64,000 bases of DNA from the NCBI GenBank assembly GCA_963793685.1, contig CAWCBJ010000004.1, positions 82,618-146,617 on the forward strand, read 5' to 3'. Below are positions 46,959 through 57,474 of the stretch, in pieces (within the stretch, counting starts at the first letter, position 1; every line of letters starts with the position of its first letter). Position numbers and translations under genes: made by a program. The notes beneath the pieces were generated by a model that made no database searches, had not been told where the DNA came from, and worked only from the letters and a program-made list of their open reading frames with translations. The DNA is from an uncultured Gammaproteobacteria bacterium. Lineage in GTDB: Bacteria; Pseudomonadota; Gammaproteobacteria; Steroidobacterales; Steroidobacteraceae.

Positions 46959-48373
46959 ACCGCGCGAACGGGTTATTGAGGGCGGCACTGCTGCTGTCCA
47001 CATCGATCGCAGGCTGTGCCGGCCTGCCGCCGAAGCCCGCTCCGGTGGCGCTGCCCACCGAGGCACCGTTGTCGGATTTGAGCGGCGGAGGCAGTTGGCC
47101 CGCGCAAGATTGGTGGAAGCAGTATCAGGATCCGACGCTCGATGAACTGATCGAGATGGCGTTGCGCTACTCGCCGACGCTCGCCACCGCTCATGCCCGC
47201 TTCGAATCGGCGCGCCAATCGGTGCGGATCGCGAGCGCCGCGAGCGGCGCGCATCTACAGGCGAACGGCGATGCATCGCGGCAACGCCTCAGCGACAACG
47301 GGCTGTTCCCGCCGCAACTGCTGGGTTTCACCTGGTACGACCAAATGGACCTCGGACTGCAGGCGAGCTATACCTTCGATTGGTGGGGCAAGCAGCGCGA
47401 CGCGGTCGAGGCGGCCATGGATGAAGCCCATGCGAGCCAAGCGGATCGCAGCGCCGCGGCGCTGATGCTGGCGAGTTCCGTGGCCGACGCCTACTTCGGC
47501 TGGCAGGCGGATCAGAGCCGCCTCGCGCTCGCTCGCGAGCGCGAGATCACCGTGCAGGCCGAGGCGGCGGTGACCGCGGCACGCATCGGCGCGGAGCTGG
47601 ATTCTGAGGATGAATCACAGCGCGCCGCGGCTGCGCTGGCTTCGGCGCGCGAACAGATCGCGGTGCTGGAGGGTTCGGCGCAGCTGCGCGTCGTGGCGCT
47701 GGCGGCGCTCGTTGGTCGAGCCCCGGCCAGTTTGCCGCCGCTGGCGCCGAAACCCATGCCGTTGCTCGACGGCGCACTGCCCGATGATGTGCGGATTGAT
47801 TTGGTCGCGCGCCGCGCGGATATCACGGCCAGCCGCTGGCGGGTGGAAGCGGCGGAGAGCAGCCGCGAATCGGCGCGCGCCGAGTTTTTTCCCGACGTGA
47901 GCATCAATGCGCTGATCGGCGTCCAAAGCATCCATATGTCGACGCTCATCGAATACGGCAGCCGCGTCCCGAACGCGGGCGCGGCGGTCCATCTGCCGCT
48001 GTTCGACTCAGGCCGGCTCAAGGCGCGCTATGGCGCGGCTCAGAGGGCGCTCGATGAGGCGGTGGCCGTCTATCAGGACACGGTGGTCGACGCCGCACGC
48101 GACGTGGCGACGCAGGCATCGACCCTCGCGCAGCTCTCGGCGCAGAGAGCCCAGCGCGAGATCGAGCTGGATGCGGCGCTCAAACTCAAAATCAGCGCCG
48201 CAGCACGCGTGCGCCAGGGTCTCACCGATTCGAGAACCGAATTGAGCGCCACCGATGCGTGGATTGCCGAGCAAGATGCCCTGTTGCAGCTCGATGCGGC
48301 CGCCCTCTCGGCGGACATCGGGTTGAAGCGCGCGCTCGGCGGCGGTTATGAAAGGACCCAAGCAGCACCATGA
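46955..48373 (+). CDS. efflux outer-membrane factor lipoprotein, NodT family
   Basis: The GTG overlaps the marR stop. Lipobox SIAGCAG. 472 aa. C-terminus LKRALGGGY. Confidence 0.9.
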   Translation: MNRANGLLRAALLLSTSIAGCAGLPPKPAPVALPTEAPLSDLSGGGSWPAQDWWKQYQDPTLDELIEMALRYSPTLATAHARFESARQSVRIASAASGAHLQANGDASRQRLSDNGLFPPQLLGFTWYDQMDLGLQASYTFDWWGKQRDAVEAAMDEAHASQADRSAAALMLASSVADAYFGWQADQSRLALAREREITVQAEAAVTAARIGAELDSEDESQRAAAALASAREQIAVLEGSAQLRVVALAALVGRAPASLPPLAPKPMPLLDGALPDDVRIDLVARRADITASRWRVEAAESSRESARAEFFPDVSINALIGVQSIHMSTLIEYGSRVPNAGAAVHLPLFDSGRLKARYGAAQRALDEAVAVYQDTVVDAARDVATQASTLAQLSAQRAQREIELDAALKLKISAAARVRQGLTDSRTELSATDAWIAEQDALLQLDAAALSADIGLKRALGGGYERTQAAP

Positions 48374-49554
48374 ATGCAAGCATCGAGCCCGCACCCGCAC
48401 CCGCGGTTCAAAATTCCGACAATGGCAAGCGGCGCCGAATTCTGCTGCGCATTGCGGCGCTGTTCATCGTCATCGGCGTGTTGTGGGCGCTTTACTGGCT
48501 GCTCATCCTGACCAAGCGTGAGCGCACCGATGATGCCTACGTCAGCGGCAATAAGGTCGTCATTTCGGCCCAGGTTCCGGGCACGGTCGTGTCGGTCCTC
48601 ACCGACGACACACAGTTGGTGCAGGCAGGGCAGGTGTTGGTGAGGCTCGATCCGGTCGATGCGCAAATCAACCTGGCCCGAAGCGCTAGCGCCTTGGCGC
48701 AGGCGGTGCGGCAGGTGCGGCAGGCGAGGTCGACCGCGCAGCAATACGATTCGCTGATTGCGACACGCAAGATCGAACTCTTGCGTGCGCAGGCCGACCT
48801 GACCAAACGCGAGCCGCTGTTGGCCGCCAACGCCATTGCGCCCGAAGAGGTGCGGCATGCGCGCGAGTCGGTGGATCTCGCCAAAGCGGCCGTGACGCAG
48901 GCGGTACGCCAAGCGAGCGCGGCGCATGCCTTGGTCGACGGCACTCAGGTGCAGAACAATCCCGCCGTGCTGGAGGCCAAAGACGCGTTTCGCGATGCTT
49001 GGATTGCCGCGCGACGCGATGCCGTGATTGCGCCGGTGACGGGCTACGTGGCCGAGAGAAGCGTGCAACTCGGCCAACACATTCAGGCCGGACAGGCGCT
49101 CATGACGGTGATTCCATTACATGCATTGTGGGTCGATGCCAATTTCAAGGAAGTGCAACTGCGAAATTTGCGCATCGGTCAGCCGGCCGAGGTGCGCAGC
49201 GATCTGTACGGCGGCTCATTCATATACCACGGACATGTCACGGGCATGTCGGCGGGCACCGGCGCCGCATTCGCGCTGCTGCCGCCGCAAAATGCCTCGG
49301 GCAATTGGATCAAGGTGGTGCAGCGCGTACCGGTGCGGATCGAGTTCGACGATCGGGATCTCGCGAAGTCGCCGCTGCGCGTCGGCCTCTCGGCCACCGT
49401 GACCGTGGATACGACGCACAGAGACGGACCGGTGCTGGCGAGTAAGGCGGCCGACAAGCCGGTGGGCGATACCCAGGTTTACACGCAGGATCTGGTGCGC
49501 GCAAACGCCGAGGCCGACGCGATCGTGAGCCGCAATCTCGGCTTCGAACACTAA
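48370..49554 (+). CDS. emrA: HlyD/EmrA-family membrane fusion protein
   Basis: 394 aa. N-terminal TM, then TDDAYVSGNKVVISAQVPGTVVSV, coiled-coil region, and ALWVDANFKEVQLRNLRIGQPAEV. Confidence 0.9.
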   Translation: MNASIEPAPAPAVQNSDNGKRRRILLRIAALFIVIGVLWALYWLLILTKRERTDDAYVSGNKVVISAQVPGTVVSVLTDDTQLVQAGQVLVRLDPVDAQINLARSASALAQAVRQVRQARSTAQQYDSLIATRKIELLRAQADLTKREPLLAANAIAPEEVRHARESVDLAKAAVTQAVRQASAAHALVDGTQVQNNPAVLEAKDAFRDAWIAARRDAVIAPVTGYVAERSVQLGQHIQAGQALMTVIPLHALWVDANFKEVQLRNLRIGQPAEVRSDLYGGSFIYHGHVTGMSAGTGAAFALLPPQNASGNWIKVVQRVPVRIEFDDRDLAKSPLRVGLSATVTVDTTHRDGPVLASKAADKPVGDTQVYTQDLVRANAEADAIVSRNLGFEH

Positions 49555-49580
49555 GCGCGCGGTGCCCAAGATGGCCGATC

Positions 49581-51129
49581 GTGCCCACGGCCGAGGCGGC
49601 GCGCGAGTATCCGCCGTTGCACGGCGGCAAGCTGCTGTTTCTCACCGCCGCGATCGCGACCGCCGCGTTCATGGAGATTCTTGACATGACCATCGTCAAT
49701 GTCTCCGTGCCGGCCATCTCCGGCAGTCTCGGCGTCAGCACTTCCGAAGGCACCTGGGTGGTCAGTTCCTACATGCTCGCGGCCGCGGTCATGCAGCCGC
49801 TGACCGGCTGGATCGCTCGGCGCTTCGGCGAAGTGAGAACCTTCGTCACCTCGATCTGCCTGTTCATGCTGTTCTCGGCGATCTGCGGACTGGCCACCAG
49901 CCTGCCGATGCTGGTGGCCGCGCGCCTCATTCAGGGCTTCGTATCGGGACCCATGATGTCGGTGGCGCAGGCGATTTTGCTGCGCAATTATCCGATCGAG
50001 CGGCGCGGCATGGCGATCGCGCTGTTGTCCATGGTGATCATCATCGCCCCGATCTTCGGACCGATCCTCGGCGGCTGGATCACGGATAATCTGTCCTGGC
50101 CGTGGCTGTTCTACATCAATCTGCCGGTGGGCGCGTTTTGCGCGGCGGCCAGCTGGATCGATTCTGCGGCATCGCGAGTCCGAGAAGGTGAAATTGCCCA
50201 TCGATGGCGTGGGGCTGGTGCTGCTTGTCATCGGCGTCGGCAGCCTGCAGTTCATGCTGGACAACGGCAATGAAAAGGATTGGTTCAATTCGCCGGTCAT
50301 CGTCGCGGCGGGCATCGTCTCGCTCGTCAGCCTGACGTTTCTGATCCCGTGGGAATTGACCGATGAGCATCCGGTGATCGATCTGCATCTGTTCGGCCGG
50401 CGCAATTTCCGCGTCGGTGTCGGCGTGATGGCGTCGCCTATTTCGGCTTCCAGGGCGTCAACATCATATTTCCGCTGTGGCTGCAGACCGACTCTGGGCT
50501 ACACCGCCACGTGGGCGGGCTTCGCGGTGGCGCCCGTGGGTTTGCTGGCGTTGGTGGCGGCTCCCATCGTCGGACGCAACATGAATCGCATGAATCTGCG
50601 CCTGGCGGCGAGCTTCGCGTTCTGCGTATTTGGAATTGCGGTCTTTTGGACATCCACGTTGAACGAACAGGCGAGCTTCGGTCAATTCGCCACGCCGCGC
50701 TTCTTTCAAGGGATGGGCCTGTCCTTTTTCTTTCTGCCGCTGAATCAAATCATCTTGTCCGGCGTTCCATCCCGCGACCTGGCGTCCGCTTCGGGGGTGA
50801 GCAATTTCATTCGCACCATGTCGGGCAGCATCTCGACCGCGGTCACGGTTTGGATTTGGAATCGCCGCACCGACTACCATCACGCGGTGCTCACGGAACA
50901 CATCAATAATTCCGCGAGCGGCTGGCGTCAATACCAGTCGCAACTCGGCGCGCACGGAATCGGCGGTGACGGTGCATATCAATACGTGGAACGGCTGATC
51001 GGCAGCCAGGCCTCGACGCTCGCCGTCAACGACGTGTTTTTTGCCTTAGGGTGCGCATTCTTCCTGCTGATCCCCTTCATTTGGTTGGCGAGGCCGCCGT
51101 TCGGCGCGCGTACACCCGGCGCCCGCTGA
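49581..51129 (+). pseudogene. emrB: DHA2-family MFS efflux pump (EmrB-like) with three indels (+1, -1, +1)
   Basis: ILDMTIVNVSVPAISGSLG...YINLPVGAFCAAASW, frameshift near 50155-50165, then ILRHRESEKVKLPIDGVGLVLLVIGVGSLQFMLDNG... A compensated pair follows. Between about 50431 and 50492 the true reading (A)YFGFQGVNIIFPLWLQT sits in another frame, then returns to TLGYTATWAGFAVAPVG. The span is 1549 nt = 3n+1. Confidence 0.8.
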
Positions 51130-51132
51130 TTG

Positions 51133-52482
51133 CTAGCCGCGATAGGCGTGTTCTTGACCGATCGCCCGCCGCAGATCCGCGAGGACGGTACTGCCCGCCA
51201 GATAGAAATGACCGACCGCCCAGAATCCCGTGGGTGCGAGAAACAATAAGGCCAAGCGTAGCGAGGCGGCGTCGGTCGCACGGCCGTGCGCAAAGAAATC
51301 GCTCGCGAGTCCGACGGCCTGGGGGGCGACGATCAAATTCAGCACATTGCCGACCACCAGGGACAATGCAATGAACATGGAGCGCAAATGCGCCGGCGCG
51401 AGATTTTGCAGCAAACCCATGCACGGGCCTATGAAAAAATAGATGGCCGGAATGTACAGCCAGAGCATCAGTTTCGAGATCCACAGGGTGTGCGTCCAAT
51501 AGGCGATGAATGAGGGCACGGTCGCGAATCCCACCCCTGCGCCGAGCAACCACAAAACACGCCGTGGAGCGGTCATATAAGGCCGCGACAGGAGCCAGGC
51601 GGTGCCGGCGGTCGCGGCCATGCCGCCGATCAGATGAATCGGTCCGGTGACGGCACCCGCTTCACCAACGTCGAGGTGATAGGTGCGCATCAGAAACGCG
51701 GGTGTCCACCAAATGAGTCCCCAACCCCACAAGGAACACACCCCGCAGCCCATGAGAACGTGGAACGCGGCCCTTTGGCGCCACAGGTATCGCACGGCAC
51801 CGAGTAAAGAAGATCTGGTGTCGGCGCGCGCAGCGTCCAATCTGCCGCGGGTCGGCTCGCGAATGGTCAGGTACGCCAGTATCCCCATGGCCACCCCGGG
51901 CACGCCCAGAGCGAGGAACGCCGCGCGCCAGCCGTAAGCATGCGCCACCGCGCCCGCCATGTCGGCTCCGAGCCAAGCGCCGATGGGTGCGCCGAGCGCC
52001 AGTACGCTGAAGGCCATGGGCCTCCGGTCCGCGGGAAAGCAATCCGACACGATGGAAGAAGACGGCGGCAGACCGCCCGCTTCACCCACGCCCACGCCGA
52101 TGCGCGCCAGCAAGAGTTGCAGATAGGTGCGCGACAGGCCACAGATCACCGTGAACGTGGACCAGAGAATCAGCGCTGCCGCGAGAATATTTCTGCGATT
52201 GAAGCGATCCGCAAGCCACGAAATCGGCAGACCGAATGTTACGTAGAACAGCGCCAGCGGAACTCCGGTGAGGAACGCCACGCCGGCATCGGTTAATCGC
52301 AATTCGAGGCGGATAGGTTCGAGCACGGTGGACACGACATATCGATCCGCGATGTTGACGGCGTAAATCGCGCACATCATGAGGAGCACATACCAGCGCT
52401 CGAGGTGCGTGGGCGCTTGCGATCGCGGTAGGTCGATTGCCGTGGAATTCAAAGCGCAGCCTCGCCTATAAAATCCAGCCAA
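51133..52482 (-). CDS. MFS transporter
   Basis: 449 aa, about 12 hydrophobic segments. LADRFNRRNILAAALILWS is an MFS motif-A-like loop. Confidence 0.85.
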   Translation of the reverse strand: MAGFYRRGCALNSTAIDLPRSQAPTHLERWYVLLMMCAIYAVNIADRYVVSTVLEPIRLELRLTDAGVAFLTGVPLALFYVTFGLPISWLADRFNRRNILAAALILWSTFTVICGLSRTYLQLLLARIGVGVGEAGGLPPSSSIVSDCFPADRRPMAFSVLALGAPIGAWLGADMAGAVAHAYGWRAAFLALGVPGVAMGILAYLTIREPTRGRLDAARADTRSSLLGAVRYLWRQRAAFHVLMGCGVCSLWGWGLIWWTPAFLMRTYHLDVGEAGAVTGPIHLIGGMAATAGTAWLLSRPYMTAPRRVLWLLGAGVGFATVPSFIAYWTHTLWISKLMLWLYIPAIYFFIGPCMGLLQNLAPAHLRSMFIALSLVVGNVLNLIVAPQAVGLASDFFAHGRATDAASLRLALLFLAPTGFWAVGHFYLAGSTVLADLRRAIGQEHAYRG

Positions 52483-52504
52483 CCATACAGGGTCCTCATT
52501 CGAG

Positions 52505-52720
52505 GTGCGAATCGTTACACTGGCGCTGCGTGGCGCACCGTGGGCCTACACCGGATACGCCGCCAAGCCGATTGCGGCCGTGCGCGAATACATGGATGAG
52601 CAAAAATGGCGTGAAGCCGAAGCGCAAGTGCCGCAGGTGGCGGAGGTGATCGAAAGGGCGGCCGCCGGCATCCAAAAGGCGGCGGAGGATTTCGAGAATC
52701 AAATGGTGCATGGTCGCTGA
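52505..52720 (+). CDS. hypothetical small protein (71 aa)
   Basis: ORF with moderately high third-position GC. No recognisable motif. Followed by the 14-nt palindrome GCGCATCGATGCGC. Confidence 0.25.
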   Translation: MRIVTLALRGAPWAYTGYAAKPIAAVREYMDEQKWREAEAQVPQVAEVIERAAAGIQKAAEDFENQMVHGR

Positions 52721-53002
52721 GCCTGCGCATCGATGCGCCGCCGCGAGCCTGGCTTGCCGACCCTGTGTCATCGGGGCGGCTATAGGGCCCCGGGGCCGGC
52801 CCGATTGGGTACCGATTCGCTGCAATGTCGGCGGCACGACGGCCTCGATTTCAGCAGAAACCTTAGAAAACGGCTGTAAATGTGAACTTGGCTTCAGTTT
52901 TATGTGCCATGGACCGATATGCTTGAATTCATGAACGCTCGACTCGAAGGTACCAAAGCCCCGCCTCAGCCGCCGGCAACGGCCCGTGGGGAAGGGGATC
53001 GC

Positions 53003-54949
53003 ATGTCTAATCAAAGCGCCTTCGACCACCGGATTTTGCTGATCGATGACAATGCGGCGATTCACGGGGATTTTCGTAAAGTGCTCGGCGCCGAGGCCGG
53101 GGATTCGGCGCGCACCGAGCTTGCAGTGCTCGAAGCGGGTCTCTTTGGCGAGGCACGAAAGGTCGCGACGCGTCCGAATTTCGAGATCGACTCGGCCTAT
53201 CAAGGGCAGCAAGGCGTCGAAATGGCTCGCAGCGCCATCGCGGCGGGGCGTCCCTACGCCATGGCGTTCGTCGACATGCGCATGCCACCAGGCTGGGACG
53301 GTTTGCAAACCATCGAGGCGTTATGGGCGGTGGACCGGGACGTGCAAGTGGTCATCTGTTCGGCGCACACCGACTACGACTGGTCCGAGGTGGTGGAGCG
53401 CCTACAGCACTCGGATAGGCTCCTGGTGCTGAGGAAGCCCGCCGAACCGATCGAGGTGCTGCAGTGCGCCACAGCGCTCAGCCGCAAGTGGCACAACGAG
53501 CGCTTGGTGCGCGAGCAGATGGAGCGGCTGGAGCAAGTGATCACGGTCCGCACCAGCGGGCTGGAGGCTGCGAACCGGCAGCTGCGGCACTTGGCCACTC
53601 ACGATGCGCTCACGGGCCTTCCGAACCGTGTTTTGCTCGACGATCGGCTCACGCAGGCGGTCGCGCATGCCGATCGCGACGGCCGCTCGTTCGCGCTGAT
53701 GGTATGCGATTTGGATCGCTTCAAAATGGTCAACGATTCTCTGGGGCATGGGGCGGGCGATGAGCTTCTGCAGGAGGTGGCTCGGCGCCTGACCGGGTTG
53801 GTGCGCGGCGTCGATACCGTGGCGCGCCTTGGCGGGGACGAATTCGTACTGCTGATCACTTCAATCCAAATTCCCGAGGACGCGCAGCGCCTGGCGGCCC
53901 AAGCAATCGAAGTCCTGCAGGCGCCGGTGCGTATCGCGGGCATCGACGTGCACACCTCGCCGAGCATCGGCATTGCCTTCTATCCCGCCGATGGTCGCAC
54001 CATCGAGGCATTGACCGCGCATGCGGACGCGGCAATGTATTGCGCCAAGCAACGCGGCCGCGGCAACGTTCAATGCTTCGAGGGAGGAATGAATGCCGGT
54101 TCGGAAGACCGCGTTCAGCTCGAGAGCGACCTGCACAATGCCATTGCCTTGAAGCAATTTCAGCTCTATTACCAGCCGAAGGTGAACACGGCCACCGGCA
54201 CGGTGCGCAGCGCCGAAGCCCTGATTCGCTGGGTGCATCCCGAACGCGGGTTGATTCCGCCGGACTCCTTCATTCCATTGGCGGAGGAGTGCGGTTTGAT
54301 TGGTGCCATCGGCGAGTGGGTGGTGCGCGAAGCGTGCCGCCAGGCGCGCGCCTGGCAAGACAGCGGCATGGCGCCGCTGCGGGTCTCGGTGAATCTTTCA
54401 CCCTCGCAGTTTCGCGGGAGCGGCTTGACTCAAACGATACGCGATGCGCTCGATGAGGCAGGTCTACACCCACAGTATCTCGAAGTGGAGCTGACCGAGA
54501 GCACCGTGATGAGCGAGCCCGAGGAGTCGATCGCGATTCTCGAGCAATTGAGCGCCATGGGTGTGCTCGTTTCGGTGGATGATTTCGGAACCGGCTACTC
54601 GAGCATGAGTTATCTGCGGCGATTTCCCATCGACAAACTCAAGATTGATCGTGTATTCATCAACGAGATTGCAAGCCGCCCGGAGGATGCGTCGATCGTG
54701 CGTGCGATAGTCTCCCTGGCGCATAGTTTGCGGCTCAAGGTGGTGGCCGAAGGCGTCGAGACTCCCGCACAGCTCGATTTTTTGAAGAACGTGGGTTGCG
54801 ACGAGTACCAGGGGTTTCACTTCAGCCGCCCGGTGCCCGCAGCCGAGTTCGAACGTCTCATCCGAGACAAATCCGCGCAAGCAGGGCCGATGAACTCGGA
54901 GGACATGCTTCGCACCCATAGCAAGCTCGCGGCATACCACAGGGCATAG
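53003..54949 (+). CDS. response-regulator receiver + GGDEF + EAL domain protein (c-di-GMP turnover)
   Basis: ATG at 53003 behind GGGGA. REC ILLIDDN...AFVDMRMPPGWDG...LRKP. GGDEF RLGGDEFVLL. EAL EALIRW, QYLEVELTES, DDFGTGYSS and KIDRVFI. Confidence 0.9.
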   Translation: MSNQSAFDHRILLIDDNAAIHGDFRKVLGAEAGDSARTELAVLEAGLFGEARKVATRPNFEIDSAYQGQQGVEMARSAIAAGRPYAMAFVDMRMPPGWDGLQTIEALWAVDRDVQVVICSAHTDYDWSEVVERLQHSDRLLVLRKPAEPIEVLQCATALSRKWHNERLVREQMERLEQVITVRTSGLEAANRQLRHLATHDALTGLPNRVLLDDRLTQAVAHADRDGRSFALMVCDLDRFKMVNDSLGHGAGDELLQEVARRLTGLVRGVDTVARLGGDEFVLLITSIQIPEDAQRLAAQAIEVLQAPVRIAGIDVHTSPSIGIAFYPADGRTIEALTAHADAAMYCAKQRGRGNVQCFEGGMNAGSEDRVQLESDLHNAIALKQFQLYYQPKVNTATGTVRSAEALIRWVHPERGLIPPDSFIPLAEECGLIGAIGEWVVREACRQARAWQDSGMAPLRVSVNLSPSQFRGSGLTQTIRDALDEAGLHPQYLEVELTESTVMSEPEESIAILEQLSAMGVLVSVDDFGTGYSSMSYLRRFPIDKLKIDRVFINEIASRPEDASIVRAIVSLAHSLRLKVVAEGVETPAQLDFLKNVGCDEYQGFHFSRPVPAAEFERLIRDKSAQAGPMNSEDMLRTHSKLAAYHRA

Positions 54950-54957
54950 CGGCCAGC

Positions 54958-55299
54958 GTGCATGAGGCCGCCGTGGCGGAGGATTCAATGAAACCCAAGA
55001 CGTCGATTGCCAGCCCCAAGGGAAAGTCCGAGCCGTGGCATGCGGTGACCCTGGTGGGCCGCGGTAAATGCTGCCCGGCGCTCGACTCGTACCGCGGGGC
55101 TCGCTTTCTATCGGGCGCGGCGCCCCGATTGCCGCTGGCGGAGTGCGATAGGCCGCATACCTGCACATGTACCTACCGGCATTATCCGGACCGCCGCACC
55201 GAGCAGCGCCGAGACAGCGATGCCGGAAGCCCGGTCCGATCCAGCAAACCGGTGGCGGAGAAGCGCAGTTCGCGCGGGAGGCGAGCGACGGACGGGTGA
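54958..55299 (+). CDS. hypothetical Cys-rich basic protein
   Basis: 113 aa, 9 nt after the GGDEF-EAL stop. Motifs GKCCPAL and CDRPHTCTCTYRHYPDRR. Arg/Ser-rich tail. High third-position GC by eye. Start may be 54988. Confidence 0.4.
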   Translation: MHEAAVAEDSMKPKTSIASPKGKSEPWHAVTLVGRGKCCPALDSYRGARFLSGAAPRLPLAECDRPHTCTCTYRHYPDRRTEQRRDSDAGSPVRSSKPVAEKRSSRGRRATDG

Positions 55300-55330
55300 G
55301 CCGCGGGGCGCCTCAGCGGATTCGCAGACA

Positions 55331-56758
55331 TTATTCAAGCACGGGGCGCTTATTAATCCAGGGCTGGGCCTTTTCTAGTTGCGCCGCAAGCCGCAGCAGG
55401 ATCGCTTCCTCGCCGTACCGGGCGGTGAACATCGTGCCGACCGGCAGACCCTCGGCCGACCAATGGAGCGGCACGCTCATCGAGGGTTGTCCGGTCATGT
55501 TGGCGAGCGCCGTGAATGGGCTGTAGGAAGCCAATTCTTGAGCGAATACCCCCAGGTCTGCGGGCGAGAGACCCAGAATCCCGAGCAGCGCGGGCGGTTT
55601 GGCCAAGGTGGGCGTGAGCAGCAGGTCGAATTGCGCGAGGAAATTCGCCATGGAGGCGGCTGCAATTTGGAATGCGACATTGGCATCCGCAAGCATGAGC
55701 GCCGTCGCCTTCTGACCCTGCTCGGCGCAAATTCGCGTCACGATCTCGATCTCTTCCGGCGATACCGGCGTTCCTCGCTCGGAGCCGCGATCGCGCAGCG
55801 TCTGCGCGACCGAGGTCGCGATCACGGTCGCGAACCCGCGGTTCAAGGCTGCTGCATCGATCGTCGGGGACGCCTCCTGCACATGATGCCCGAGCGATTC
55901 GCACAGACGGGCGGCCGCGTGCGCCGCGGCTTGGCATTCGAGGTCGACCGGCGACCCCGACCAGGTTTTCAGCATCAACGCGATACGCAGTTTCTCGGGC
56001 GGGCGGTTCATTTCCGCCAAAAAACCTTCCTTCGGCGGCGGCGCACTGTATCGAGACCCCGGTTCGATGCCCCAGGTTGCGTCGAGCAGGGCGGCGCTGT
56101 CGCGCACGCTGCGGGTGATGGCGTGCGAAGTTGCCAAACCGAGCCAGGGCTCGGTGGCCGTTGGCCCGGAGGGCATTCGGCCGCGGGATGGCTTCAGGCC
56201 GAATAAGCCCGTGCACGACGCGGGTACTCGAATGGAACCGCCGCCATCCGATGCGTGGGCCATGGGCACGATGCCGCCGGCAACCGCGGCGGCGGCACCG
56301 CCCGAAGATCCTCCGGCCGAGCGATGCAAATTCCAGGGATTACGCGTGGCACCGAATGCTTGCGATTCGGTGGTGTAGGTCAGGCCCAATTCCGGGCTCG
56401 TCGACTTCGCAAAGATGACGAGGCCGGCCCGCTTGTATCGGGATACCAGCTCGCTGTCGCAAGGCGCAATGCGATCAGAAAAGGCCTTGCTGCCTGCGCT
56501 GGTGATGGTTCCGGCCAGTTCGATGCCGAGATCCTTGACGATGAAGGGCACACCATGGAATGTGCCGGGCGAAAGACCCGCGGCGATCTGCGCTCGCGCT
56601 GCGGCGTAGTGCGTGTGCGCAATGCAGTTGAGCTTTGGATTGATCGCGGTCGCGTTCGCGATGGCGCAATCGAGCAGCTCGGCCGGGGAGGCGTCTTTGC
56701 GGCGTACCAATTCGGCCAAAGCAAGTGCGTCGCATTGCAAATAGGATGAGGGTTTCAT
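55331..56758 (-). CDS. amidase (amidase-signature family)
   Basis: 475 aa with GGSSGGAAAAVAGG and the GSIRVPAS Ser-cisSer-Lys signature region. Confidence 0.9.
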   Translation of the reverse strand: MKPSSYLQCDALALAELVRRKDASPAELLDCAIANATAINPKLNCIAHTHYAAARAQIAAGLSPGTFHGVPFIVKDLGIELAGTITSAGSKAFSDRIAPCDSELVSRYKRAGLVIFAKSTSPELGLTYTTESQAFGATRNPWNLHRSAGGSSGGAAAAVAGGIVPMAHASDGGGSIRVPASCTGLFGLKPSRGRMPSGPTATEPWLGLATSHAITRSVRDSAALLDATWGIEPGSRYSAPPPKEGFLAEMNRPPEKLRIALMLKTWSGSPVDLECQAAAHAAARLCESLGHHVQEASPTIDAAALNRGFATVIATSVAQTLRDRGSERGTPVSPEEIEIVTRICAEQGQKATALMLADANVAFQIAAASMANFLAQFDLLLTPTLAKPPALLGILGLSPADLGVFAQELASYSPFTALANMTGQPSMSVPLHWSAEGLPVGTMFTARYGEEAILLRLAAQLEKAQPWINKRPVLE

Positions 56759-56864
56759 TGTTGGCGCATGTCGTTTCCGGCCGTGGATCGAAAAGCGCGG
56801 TGGCCGCGCCGGCCATTGCGCTCACCTTGCGCTGAGGTCAGAATAACCGCCTTATTTCGATCAT

Positions 56865-57458
56865 TTGGAACCAATCCCTGTGAAATCCACCATTCGCCTT
56901 GCCGCGTTCGCCCCGATACTCTTGCTAACCGCGAGCATAGCGCATGCAGACTCCTACTCCGATACCATTGATCTTTTCAAGAATGCCGGCGCCAGCTCCA
57001 CGTTTTTTGGCAGGTGTTACGGCTATGCGGTATTTCCGACCGTGGGCGAGGGGGGGTTCATCGTCGGTGGCGCGTATGGCAAAGGCCGGGTTTACGTGGG
57101 CGGGAAACCGGTGGGCGAAACCAGCATGACGCAGGTGAGCGCGGGATTTCAGCTCGGCGGCAAGGGCTACAGCCAAATCGTTTTTTTCGAGGACAAGCGC
57201 GCATTCGATGAATTTACCACGGGTTCGTTCGAGTTTTCCGCCGGGGCGAGCGCGGTAGCAATCACTGCCGGTGCTTCCGCCAGCGTGGGCACCACGGGCG
57301 CCACGTCGGGGGCGAGCGGCGGCAAGAAAGATGCCACCACCGCGACCGCGGGGTATCAAAAGGGGATGGCGGTGTTCACCATCGCCAAGGGCGGCCTCAT
57401 GTATGCGGCCACTGTTGCCGGACAAAAGTTCAGCTACACGCCGAGCGGGACGCGTTGA
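56865..57458 (+). CDS. SYLF (DUF500/Ysc84-like) lipid-binding domain protein, exported
   Basis: Signal peptide RLAAFAPILLLTASIAHA. YGYAVFPTVGEGGFIVGGAYGKGRVY...AGFQLGGKGYSQIVFF. Start is TTG 56865 or GTG 56880. Confidence 0.7.
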   Translation: MEPIPVKSTIRLAAFAPILLLTASIAHADSYSDTIDLFKNAGASSTFFGRCYGYAVFPTVGEGGFIVGGAYGKGRVYVGGKPVGETSMTQVSAGFQLGGKGYSQIVFFEDKRAFDEFTTGSFEFSAGASAVAITAGASASVGTTGATSGASGGKKDATTATAGYQKGMAVFTIAKGGLMYAATVAGQKFSYTPSGTR

Positions 57459-57474
57459 TCGGGAGTCGGCCGCG

